This document shows, in pieces, positions 9,849 through 18,208 of a DNA stretch of 64,000 nt. A model generated the notes under the pieces. It worked only from the letters and a program-made list of their open reading frames with translations, searched no databases and had not been told where the DNA came from. Positions within the stretch are counted from its first letter, which is position 1. The number at the start of each line of letters is the position of its first letter. Origin of the DNA: an uncultured virus (IMG/VR IMGVR_UViG_3300025085_000013) (Duplodnaviria; Heunggongvirae; Uroviricota; Caudoviricetes); the IMG/VR virus record IMGVR_UViG_3300025085_000013, positions 1 through 64,000 of that record. One strand, 5' to 3'. The translations under genes were made by a program, and so were the position numbers.

Positions 9849-10187
9849 TTATTTTGTATATGCAAAAAGATCTTCACCATCGTCAAATACAACTACATTC
9901 TTACCTTTATATTTGCCGTGATATGCTTTATCATAAATAGTAGAATCTATAGGAAGAGATTTCATTCCTCCAATAACATCAAATAAATCAGAACCTTCAT
10001 CTTCGGTAGTATCTGTCATTATCATGATATCATCAGCTTTTCTGGCCTTAAGAGCTTTAAGAACAGTAGCAATACCTTTTTCATTTTTCTTTACATCTTC
10101 ACCAGCAGTATCTACTGCATCGGCGAAAGTAAACCTTTCATTTAAAGATTCATTTACAAAATCTGCAAACTTTTTTATATTACTCAT
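9849..10187 (-). CDS. Putative internal head protein
   Basis: MSNIKKFADFVNESLNE leader. Confidence 0.6.
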   Translation of the reverse strand: MSNIKKFADFVNESLNERFTFADAVDTAGEDVKKNEKGIATVLKALKARKADDIMIMTDTTEDEGSDLFDVIGGMKSLPIDSTIYDKAYHGKYKGKNVVVFDDGEDLFAYTK

Positions 10188-10205
10188 ATCTTTAGTTTTA
10201 ATTTA

Positions 10206-11753
10206 TTATGATCCCATCGTAGATTGTAAAGCTCCAACCATTGCTCCATAATCTTCACCATACTTCTTAAGTAATCCTTCAGCAGTTTCAGTTGCCTTAG
10301 TTTCATCAAAGTCATCTCCGAATGCATCTTTTAGAATTGCCATTGCATATTCTTTAAATTCATCAGCAGAAGTAATATCCTTTTCATTAATCTTAGCTTC
10401 TCCAACTAATGCTTCGCCTTTTGATTCAGGTTGTACTTTTACCTTACCCATATTCATTATGTCTCCAGCAATACCTGCGGCAGATTCAGAACCATCGCCC
10501 ATTTCTGCAGGAACTTCAGTAGCATCCTTAAGATCATCAGCTTCACCCTTTACTTCAGTTGTAATATTTTGATCTTTAGTAACTAATTCTTCACCTTTTG
10601 ATTCAGGTTGTTCTTTTACCTTACCCATATCCATTATATCTCCAGCAATACCAGCAGCGGTTTCAGAACCGTCACCTTTCTCTGCAGGAATAGCAAGACC
10701 ATCATCACCAGCAACTTCATCAGCAATTTCATCACCTTCAACTTTAGTAATTACTTCACCAACACCTTCTTCTACTGATTCATCTTCTTCAGTATCTTCA
10801 GCTTCTTCTACTTCTTCATCTTCCTCTTCTACATAAGCTTCAGTTACAAAGTTTGAAAAAGACATGATTCTTGATTCATCTTTCTTTTCTTCATCTTCAT
10901 CATATTCAACATCTTTCTTTAATGCATCAATTTCAGAGTCATCAGATTTAACAGCTCCTTTATAATGATCAGCTTTTTCTTTGTCATCCTCAGAATCAAC
11001 TTTCTTATCACCTTTATCTTCTAGCTCATCACCTTCTTTTTCATCTTCCATACCTTTAGATTCTTCATCTTCAGAAAGAGGCTCTTTAGACGCTGCTATA
11101 GGAACAGCATAGTCTTCAGGTTCTTCATCATCATCGTGATATTTAACATTCTTATTTACGGTAACTTCTTTTTCTTTAATAAAATCTTCAAAGGCCATAA
11201 TTCTTCTAGTAGCAGCTGGTGTTTCTTCTTCTTCAGCAGCAACATCAACACCATCTTCATCTTTAACTTCATCAGCTTCAGCAGGAACATCAGCAGTAAT
11301 TTCAGGATCGTCAGATACCTTATCACCTGCTTTATCTTCTATATCTTTAGGTTCGCCTTTAGCTAATACTTCATCTTCGATATCTTTCGCGGTATCTTCT
11401 TCAACTTCATCAGTTTCAGCGACTTCACCAGATGCACCAGTTTCTTTATCTTCTTCCTTTTCACCTTCTTCACCTTCTAATGATTTAGGTTCGCCTTTCT
11501 TTTTAACTTCATCAGCTATATCTTCGGCTCTATCTTCTTCAAGCTCATCTTCAGAGATATCTTGTTTAGGAGTAAAATCCTTTAATAAACCTTCTAATTT
11601 AGTTAGAAGATTTTTTTCTTTCTTTAATTCGTCAACGCTTTCGTAACCGAGTTTTTTAACAAGATCCATTACTGCATCGTGATTAACATCTGCCGATTCA
11701 TTAATTGAACCTTCGGCCTTTGTCATCATTGAAAACTTTTTGATTGGTTTCAT
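10206..11753 (-). CDS. Highly acidic 515-aa protein, putative prohead core/internal protein
   Basis: D/E-rich; internal IMAFEDFIKE and IMSFSNFVTE motifs; internal duplications. Confidence 0.6.
   Translation of the reverse strand: MKPIKKFSMMTKAEGSINESADVNHDAVMDLVKKLGYESVDELKKEKNLLTKLEGLLKDFTPKQDISEDELEEDRAEDIADEVKKKGEPKSLEGEEGEKEEDKETGASGEVAETDEVEEDTAKDIEDEVLAKGEPKDIEDKAGDKVSDDPEITADVPAEADEVKDEDGVDVAAEEEETPAATRRIMAFEDFIKEKEVTVNKNVKYHDDDEEPEDYAVPIAASKEPLSEDEESKGMEDEKEGDELEDKGDKKVDSEDDKEKADHYKGAVKSDDSEIDALKKDVEYDEDEEKKDESRIMSFSNFVTEAYVEEEDEEVEEAEDTEEDESVEEGVGEVITKVEGDEIADEVAGDDGLAIPAEKGDGSETAAGIAGDIMDMGKVKEQPESKGEELVTKDQNITTEVKGEADDLKDATEVPAEMGDGSESAAGIAGDIMNMGKVKVQPESKGEALVGEAKINEKDITSADEFKEYAMAILKDAFGDDFDETKATETAEGLLKKYGEDYGAMVGALQSTMGS
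10403..10691. repeat. Internal duplication (about 37 aa, offset 177 bp) in the acidic protein
   Basis: PAEKGDGSETAAGIAGDIMDMGKVKEQPESKGE versus PAEMGDGSESAAGIAGDIMNMGKVKVQPESKGE. Confidence 0.9.
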
Positions 11754-11781
11754 TATAATTATCTTTTTTTGATTCTTTTTT

Positions 11782-11790
11782 TATATATCC
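11782..11790 (-). promoter_or_regulatory. Putative late promoter variant GGATATATA
   Basis: 29 nt before the ATG at 11753, at the head of the internal-protein cluster. Confidence 0.45.
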
Positions 11791-11816
11791 ATCTCTCATA
11801 AGAAAGATATTCTATA

Positions 11817-13319
11817 TTAGTATCTAACATTTTGCACCTCAAATGGAAACTTTTCCTCTTTGTAAATTTTTCTTCTTTCCATACCATGTCTGTATATGTA
11901 ATTTACCCAGTCATGATCATCTACTTTATAACGGAAATCATCAATAAAATCATATATTTTTACAACGTCTTTAGATGAGTGCTTTCTTAATCCTCTACCG
12001 ATTGATTGTCTAATGATCACTTCGGATTTAAATGATTCAGTAAAAAATATGTTGTGTATATTTTTAATAGATATACCGGTTGAGAATGTACCATACGAAG
12101 CTACAATAATAACATCATCATTTTTTTCCATTCTTTTTTTGAACTCTTCTCTAAAATCAGATTTAACAGAACCGTCTACATAATAAACTTTCTTATCTGT
12201 TATTGCTCGAAGTTTTTGGTATATCTTTTCACCATAAGCTATTTTATGAAATAGCACTAGTGAATTAGATGTAGACTTTTTAATTACTTGACAAACGAAA
12301 TCTAACCTCTTTTCGCTTTCATTAATAAAGTTCTGTTCTAAACTAAATAGCTTTTGTCTATCATATGGGTTTTTAGATAATGATGAAAATGCTTCTTTTT
12401 GAGCATCGGTTGCATATTCCATGTGGATTTGCAATACTTTACATTTTGCAATATGACCTTCTTCTTGTAAGTGAGCAGCTTTTACTTGAGTTACTAATGG
12501 GCCCATTGCCGACATTAAGCTTAGTCTATTTACAGTTCCTCTTTTAGGAATAGTACCGCTCAAACCAAATCTGTAGTCACAATGCCAGCATTTATCCATT
12601 ATCTTTTGAATTGAATTTGCTTTTGCTTTATGAGTTTCATCTACAAAGACTGCATCAAATTGGCTAAAGTATTCCTCGTCCTTTTTAGTTAATGATTGGT
12701 AAGTACCTATAACAACATTAGAACTCTTTCGTAATTTTACGCCTGCATAAATTTGTTGAATCTTAATAGGTACCCTGCCTTTATTGTATTCTTCAAAGTC
12801 TCCGCTTGCTTGAACAACTAAACTTACATTAGGTACTATCATTAAGATTTTCTTTTTACCTAACTGTTCCATCATATAAGCAACCACCATAAATGAAATT
12901 AAAGTTTTACCTGCAGATGTTGCTAATTCAGCCAAACACCGTCTATACTTTAAAATCTTTATCGCTGCATCAATTTGATAATCTCTAGGCTTAATTTCAG
13001 ATGTAGCAAAAAACTCATCTACCCAAGATCTAAATATTTCTTCATCTATAGAAGTATCAAAAATATCAGTTATACCGTTTAATGTAAATTGATAATCATA
13101 TTCTTTACATATATCAATTACTTCTTTCCATAACCCTGCCGGAATTTTATTTCTTTTGATAAATGAAATATTACCATCCCATACCTTTTTCTTTACTAGA
13201 GGGTGAAATCTCCAACCTTCTATTTTCTTAGTAAGACTAGATTTTAATTGCTCATATTCCAATTCGGTGCATGAATCAATTACTAAAAACTTTTTATTTT
13301 CCGACAGAGATAGTTCCAT
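11817..13319 (-). CDS. uvsW: UvsW-like SF2 DNA helicase
   Basis: PRDYQ, ATSAGKT (Walker A), DETH, SGT and QSIGRGLR motifs; N-terminal KKVWDG typical of T4 UvsW. Confidence 0.92.
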   Translation of the reverse strand: MELSLSENKKFLVIDSCTELEYEQLKSSLTKKIEGWRFHPLVKKKVWDGNISFIKRNKIPAGLWKEVIDICKEYDYQFTLNGITDIFDTSIDEEIFRSWVDEFFATSEIKPRDYQIDAAIKILKYRRCLAELATSAGKTLISFMVVAYMMEQLGKKKILMIVPNVSLVVQASGDFEEYNKGRVPIKIQQIYAGVKLRKSSNVVIGTYQSLTKKDEEYFSQFDAVFVDETHKAKANSIQKIMDKCWHCDYRFGLSGTIPKRGTVNRLSLMSAMGPLVTQVKAAHLQEEGHIAKCKVLQIHMEYATDAQKEAFSSLSKNPYDRQKLFSLEQNFINESEKRLDFVCQVIKKSTSNSLVLFHKIAYGEKIYQKLRAITDKKVYYVDGSVKSDFREEFKKRMEKNDDVIIVASYGTFSTGISIKNIHNIFFTESFKSEVIIRQSIGRGLRKHSSKDVVKIYDFIDDFRYKVDDHDWVNYIYRHGMERRKIYKEEKFPFEVQNVRY

Positions 13320-13768
13320 TAAAATTCCTTATCATCCAGATTAATTCTGTTTCTTATAGCAAACGCCATATTATCTAATGTTTTAATACACTCATAATAA
13401 TAATCTATATGAGATTGTAACATATCAATTTGTTGCCTAAGAGATGAAAGATCTGCTTTTATAAATTGATTCTTTTCACCGTTAGTTAACTTAACATCAT
13501 AGTTAATTGAATATTCTCGGTACTGTTGTTTATAATACCTATCCCAAGTAGCGTTCCTTTTATATATGGTAGTTTTAAAATCAGTTACTTTATCTAATAG
13601 TATTTGTCGATATGATAACATTCTTACTTGGCACTCGGCCAGCTCATTCATATTTTTAAGCTTAGAAACAAGATCTTTAATCTTTGATTTCCAATCATTT
13701 CTATCTGATGTTAATCTACCTTCCAACTGCTCATTAGCTTCTTTTATTTGTGTATCGTCAAATGCCAT
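13319..13768 (-). CDS. uvsY: UvsY-like recombination mediator
   Basis: Helical 149 aa; IKAD...AFAIRNRI C-terminus; adjacent to uvsW. Confidence 0.6.
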   Translation of the reverse strand: MAFDDTQIKEANEQLEGRLTSDRNDWKSKIKDLVSKLKNMNELAECQVRMLSYRQILLDKVTDFKTTIYKRNATWDRYYKQQYREYSINYDVKLTNGEKNQFIKADLSSLRQQIDMLQSHIDYYYECIKTLDNMAFAIRNRINLDDKEF

Positions 13769-13983
13769 TAAAATATTCCTTTATTATTATTAATCTTTTT
13801 ATAATTTTTAATCTTTGGTTGAAACTTCTTTTTAGGCTGAGGTAAAGAAAAACTAGTTTTTACTTCTTCTGCTTCAATTTTTTTAAACTTAGTAAATAAT
13901 TTAAGTTTTTTCTTAGAAGTTTCTAAATCATCATAAAAATCATCAAACTGTTCTGTCACAAAATTACTATAATTTTTTATCAT
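13768..13983 (-). CDS. Small basic hypothetical protein
   Basis: 71 aa; overlaps both neighbours; MIKNYSNFVTE leader. Confidence 0.55.
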   Translation of the reverse strand: MIKNYSNFVTEQFDDFYDDLETSKKKLKLFTKFKKIEAEEVKTSFSLPQPKKKFQPKIKNYKKINNNKGIF

Positions 13984-15053
13984 ATGAATATGAGATCTAA
14001 ATGGTTGTTTGTAAAATATTTATCCAACTCGTTTAAACACCCAGTCCTATGTTTATATTCATATTTAACTAGATCATTTAAATCTTTTACCTTTTTAGAA
14101 GGTATTCTAAAATCCTTTAAAAACTTATCCCACATAAAAACAGTATTACCTCTTTTTAGTTTTTGTATCATTTTAGTCTTTCCTTCAATATCATTATCAA
14201 AGAAATATCTAACAGTTGGAATTTCATCAAAATCTAGTATTTGTTTTTTAACACCAGTAAGACCAATTGTATTAGACATAAAGAATGAATCTATAGGACC
14301 TTCAAATACAGTAAACTGCCTACTTAAATCTGTAGTAAGTATACCGAATATCATTGATATTTTATTAAGAGAATCTAATTCTTCTTCTGAAACTTTTAAA
14401 GGTTTTTTAAGCCTATCATATATTCTTTCAATATTCCACGTTTTATATTTAGGACCACTATTGTCATCCAACGCTCTTACTTGAAAACCAACAATCTTTC
14501 CTTTAGGTGTAAGGTTAAATACATACAGTTCCTTTCGTCTTGGATCATAACCGAACTTTTCGGTTTTATGATGAAGTAATCTACTTTTTAAATAAGGATA
14601 TGCTCTATATGTTAATGAGTTTATTGGATAGACATTAAAACCTAATGCAATCTCATCAAATGTTAATGATAAATTATTTGCCATTTCAAATAAATGAAAC
14701 TCTAAAGTTTCACCTAGTGAAAAGTTTTTACGGTTTTCTTTAATGAAATTAATTACATTGATTCTTTCTTCACCTTCGAAGTTTTCATTGTGGTCTTTTA
14801 GGAAGACGTCTAAACTTTCGTGTGCTGAACAATTATAGCAATGATATTGTAAATTATTCCAATAAAGATTACCTCTCTTCTTTCTTACCGAATCTGTGGA
14901 GTCTCCACAATAAGGACATGCAAAATTTAATCTTTCCTTACTTTCTAATATTCTTCTTTTCTCAGGGTGAGAATGGTTAGTATGAAGAACTCGGACCACC
15001 TTATCGATGATCCGAGCTTTCATATCAGAAGATATTAATACTTCTGTTGCCAT
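13980..15053 (-). CDS. DNA primase (T4 gp61-like)
   Basis: CPYCGDS...HCYNC zinc ribbon; TOPRIM motifs EGPIDS and FFDND; KDLND. Confidence 0.92.
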   Translation of the reverse strand: MATEVLISSDMKARIIDKVVRVLHTNHSHPEKRRILESKERLNFACPYCGDSTDSVRKKRGNLYWNNLQYHCYNCSAHESLDVFLKDHNENFEGEERINVINFIKENRKNFSLGETLEFHLFEMANNLSLTFDEIALGFNVYPINSLTYRAYPYLKSRLLHHKTEKFGYDPRRKELYVFNLTPKGKIVGFQVRALDDNSGPKYKTWNIERIYDRLKKPLKVSEEELDSLNKISMIFGILTTDLSRQFTVFEGPIDSFFMSNTIGLTGVKKQILDFDEIPTVRYFFDNDIEGKTKMIQKLKRGNTVFMWDKFLKDFRIPSKKVKDLNDLVKYEYKHRTGCLNELDKYFTNNHLDLIFI

Positions 15054-15057
15054 ATCA

Positions 15058-15990
15058 TTAAAGATCTAAACCATTAATGAAATCATCAAAATCATCTCCT
15101 TTAGAAGAATCTTCTGATTTTGTTTCTGTTGCCGCCGGGGAAGCAGATCCTGCAACAGCCGTTTCAGTTACTGACGCCGCTGCCTTTTCAGATTTTGCAG
15201 GAGACGGTGCAGCCTGTTTACGAGTTACAGTATCAATAGAGGAACCAGGATTACTAAATTGAGATAGTACACCCATTACCTTATTTCTCTGCTCATCGGT
15301 CCATGGACGATAATCAAAGTTGCCTAATTCAGGTGCATCCTTAATGTAACCAAGAATTGCAGTTCTACCAGCATCATCAGTTGTTACTGATTCTCCGCCG
15401 ATTGCCATTGCAGTTCGGCTACCTTGGAATTTACTAGAATCATAATTAGGATAACCACCTTTCTTTGAAATTACTAATTCAAAATTCTTTCCTTCAAACG
15501 GATCGAATACTTGAGTTGGTTCATCAAACTGAGGATTTAATTCCTCATCAATCTTAGCCTTAATCTTGTAACCAAATTTCATTACTTTAATTTGGCCTTC
15601 AAGATCTCTGTTCTGTGGATCCTTTACGATTTGAACCAATGCATAAAATACTTCTCTACGCTTAAGCCCTTCTGACATCTTTTTATCTACAGCAGATTCT
15701 GAGTTTCTAAGTTTAAAGAACATATCCTGTACCGGACATTTATCTCCAACAGTTGAAGGTGAGTCTGCGTAAAATCCGTTGCCATCTCTATCTTCTAACC
15801 AATAGACATATTTACGAACGAAAGGTTTACGTGGATTTTTTACATTAGGAAGAAACCTAATTAGTGAACGGTAAGTACCGTCTTGTCCCTGATCGGGTTT
15901 TGGTGTGTACAGATCGCTGCTTGGTGCAGGTCTGTCTCCAGTGTCAAGGTCCTTGACGCTTACACTGAAAATGTCGAATTCATTTGCCAT
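15058..15990 (-). CDS. Single-stranded DNA-binding protein (T4 gp32-like)
   Basis: IRFLP, KFGYKI, FDPFEGKNF and YPNYDSSKF motifs; acidic tail DDFDDFINGLDL. Confidence 0.92.
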   Translation of the reverse strand: MANEFDIFSVSVKDLDTGDRPAPSSDLYTPKPDQGQDGTYRSLIRFLPNVKNPRKPFVRKYVYWLEDRDGNGFYADSPSTVGDKCPVQDMFFKLRNSESAVDKKMSEGLKRREVFYALVQIVKDPQNRDLEGQIKVMKFGYKIKAKIDEELNPQFDEPTQVFDPFEGKNFELVISKKGGYPNYDSSKFQGSRTAMAIGGESVTTDDAGRTAILGYIKDAPELGNFDYRPWTDEQRNKVMGVLSQFSNPGSSIDTVTRKQAAPSPAKSEKAAASVTETAVAGSASPAATETKSEDSSKGDDFDDFINGLDL

Positions 15991-16097
15991 TTTAATTGCC
16001 TTTTTATTTTACTTTGTTATTAATTAATGGATATAACGCAGCGCTGCCTATTTAACTTGCCCGGGAATTGCCAATATACTTTGCCTTGTTATATGCC
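15985..16097 (-). repeat. Seven GGCA motifs with about 12-nt periodicity in the ssb leader
   Basis: Plus-strand tgcc at 15985, 15997, 16045, 16058, 16069, 16082 and 16094. Confidence 0.8.
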
Positions 16098-16135
16098 TGT
16101 TTATAAGTCACTGAATAATCAGTTCCTTTGTTATT

Positions 16136-16144
16136 TATATATTC
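16136..16144 (-). promoter_or_regulatory. Putative promoter GAATATATA upstream of ssb
   Basis: Same motif, overlapping a T4-type TATAAATA, 146 nt before the ATG. Confidence 0.55.
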
Positions 16145-16180
16145 ATATCTCTATTTAGTTTCACACTAAACAGAAAAAAA

Positions 16181-16447
16181 TTATTCTATAATAGCAGTTA
16201 CATCGGAATCTCTAATACTAAATATCTTTTCACCGTTGTAAGTAAATTCAGTACCTGCTAAGTCATGAAATAATACCGTCATTCCTATTTTATAATCCGA
16301 ATCTTCTATATCTTCACCAACAGATAATATAACACCTGAATATGGTGGTGCATACTGGCCTTCAGATTTTGGTACATAGATGCTCCCAATTTTTTCTGGT
16401 TGTTCATCTTTTTTAAGAAATATTCTATTTTTTATTGCCTTTATCAT
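16181..16447 (-). CDS. groES: GroES-like co-chaperonin
   Basis: IKAIKNRIFLK...GSIYVP...GVILSVG...GMTVLF...IRDSDVTAII matches the Cpn10 pattern. Confidence 0.85.
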   Translation of the reverse strand: MIKAIKNRIFLKKDEQPEKIGSIYVPKSEGQYAPPYSGVILSVGEDIEDSDYKIGMTVLFHDLAGTEFTYNGEKIFSIRDSDVTAIIE

Positions 16448-16560
16448 AATTTTCTGAAACTAAATTCTAAACTCTATATATAAAATATACCTAATTAAAG
16501 AAAGAGAAGTATCTAATTACTAGCATTTAAGTATATTGTGGTTTTAAGGTATAAAGTATT

Positions 16561-17229
16561 TTACTGTTCACTTTCCTTTTTCTTATTCGCGTTTAATATA
16601 AAGTACGCATCTACAAGGTCATCTATTGGTTTAGGGATCTTTTCTGTAAAGTCTTTACCTTGAGTCCATTTCCACAATTTAGTTTTCCTTAAATCACTAT
16701 CATTAAAAACATCGTCTTGAAATGCCTTTACCATGTAATGTTTATTTGCATTACCTTTACCTGCTAATTTTTTAACATGTGATGGTTGATAAATTGAAAT
16801 ATTTTCTACACCCCAAGAGTTTACAATTTCGTTTCTTAAAAAGGTATTATATTGAACTATGTCAATAAAAGAATTACCTTTTGATCCATAAGAGAATCCT
16901 TCTAAAGCAACTCTATGATCTTCTGTGCCATATAATGTTATTAAAATATTTGAAATTAAGTCGGCTATGTTTTGGCCATCTGTGAGTTTTTCTCGTTCCC
17001 TAAGTAAAAAGTCTTTATCTTTAACTTGTCTATAATAAGGGAATCCTAATATTGTTTTATTATCCATTAATTCTTTATGAACCGAGAATGATTTAGGTAT
17101 TTTTCTACCCTTTTCATCCCACACCCTATTACCATAATTAAAGAATGTAATAAATGTGTATTTGCCTTTATGGTCCTGTGTACATGCACCTGGACTATTA
17201 AGAGAAAAATCTATACCTGAGTAAATCAA
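16561..17229 (-). CDS. RuvC-like (RNase H fold) Holliday junction resolvase/nuclease
   Basis: GIDFSLNSPG, VALEG, PSHVKK..GKGNANK and DDLVDAY motifs; TTG start. Confidence 0.8.
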   Translation of the reverse strand: MIYSGIDFSLNSPGACTQDHKGKYTFITFFNYGNRVWDEKGRKIPKSFSVHKELMDNKTILGFPYYRQVKDKDFLLREREKLTDGQNIADLISNILITLYGTEDHRVALEGFSYGSKGNSFIDIVQYNTFLRNEIVNSWGVENISIYQPSHVKKLAGKGNANKHYMVKAFQDDVFNDSDLRKTKLWKWTQGKDFTEKIPKPIDDLVDAYFILNANKKKESEQ

Positions 17230-17239
17230 TTATATTGAA

Positions 17240-17596
17240 TTAAATGCGTTTACCTAATACTGCGCCTAATGCAGCACCAATTAATCGACTAGTTAATAAA
17301 TCGTACAAGGCTCCTTTTTGAATACCGAGTACCTTTGCAATGGCCTTTCCTACTGTTTTACCTAAAGCAAAACCAGTAAGACCACCTAAAACAGATCCTA
17401 ATATACCTTCATTAATTATTTCTTCCATAATAACTTCTAAATCTTTTCCGTTATTATGTTCTTCCATAATTCTGTCTACTGCGTTATCTATAGCAGTTTC
17501 TTGCTCCTCAGTTAAATCGTGAGATTCATTTAGTAAATTTTGTATATTAACTGAATCATCTGTTGATTCTGTAAGATAGTCTTTAAATGTTTTCAT
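17240..17596 (-). CDS. Putative internal virion protein with a glycine-zipper C-terminus
   Basis: MKTFKDYLTE leader; GxxxG-rich hydrophobic tail. Confidence 0.65.
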   Translation of the reverse strand: MKTFKDYLTESTDDSVNIQNLLNESHDLTEEQETAIDNAVDRIMEEHNNGKDLEVIMEEIINEGILGSVLGGLTGFALGKTVGKAIAKVLGIQKGALYDLLTSRLIGAALGAVLGKRI

Positions 17597-17618
17597 TGCT
17601 TTTCTATTTGTTTATATA

Positions 17619-18173
17619 TTAAGTTAAGTTAACTATAGTTTCTAAAACGTTGTAGCTAAATTCAATATCAAATGTTTGAAATTCAATTGTGTTACTTGAG
17701 AAGTTTAAATCTAACGCACTAACACCGGTCATTATCATATCTTTTAATTGAACAGTTACAAATATTTGCCCTTCACCATCAATCATCTGTAAACCAACAC
17801 CTTCAGGTACAAATGGAGTTTTACCGCTCTGCTTATAATAATAATCAAAAACATCAACAGCCATCCAATAATTAATCCAACCATCAAAGGCTTGCATTGT
17901 AACGGTTAGCGATTTATCAAAAAGTTCTTGTTTAGGTAAACTAGTTCTAAATTTTCTGGTATTACCTGGAAAGTCATTTTGCGATACTGGGTCAAAGCTA
18001 GGTCCTGGTAAATTCATTGCTTGTATACCGTAATTAAAAAAGTCTATAGGTTCTTTAATCATTGAACCTGGCATGCGATTTAAATATGATTTATACTTAT
18101 CTGCAATTTCCTTTGGAATAAAATTTCTAGGGAATTCAAATTTAAACTGATTATTTCTTGCGCTTAGTAACAT
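17619..18173 (-). CDS. Tail-tube-fold protein (gp3/tail completion-like)
   Basis: IQAMNLPGPSF...LTVTM...TGVSALDLNFS...TFDIEFSY pattern of the gp3/gp19 family. Confidence 0.55.
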   Translation of the reverse strand: MLLSARNNQFKFEFPRNFIPKEIADKYKSYLNRMPGSMIKEPIDFFNYGIQAMNLPGPSFDPVSQNDFPGNTRKFRTSLPKQELFDKSLTVTMQAFDGWINYWMAVDVFDYYYKQSGKTPFVPEGVGLQMIDGEGQIFVTVQLKDMIMTGVSALDLNFSSNTIEFQTFDIEFSYNVLETIVNLT

Positions 18174-18208
18174 ATTATTTTATTTTTATACGAGATCTTC
18201 TAAGAAAC

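Noticed and set aside
16149..16180. Hairpin downstream of groES as a terminator
   Set aside because: The stem exists, but the T-run precedes rather than follows it on the coding strand.
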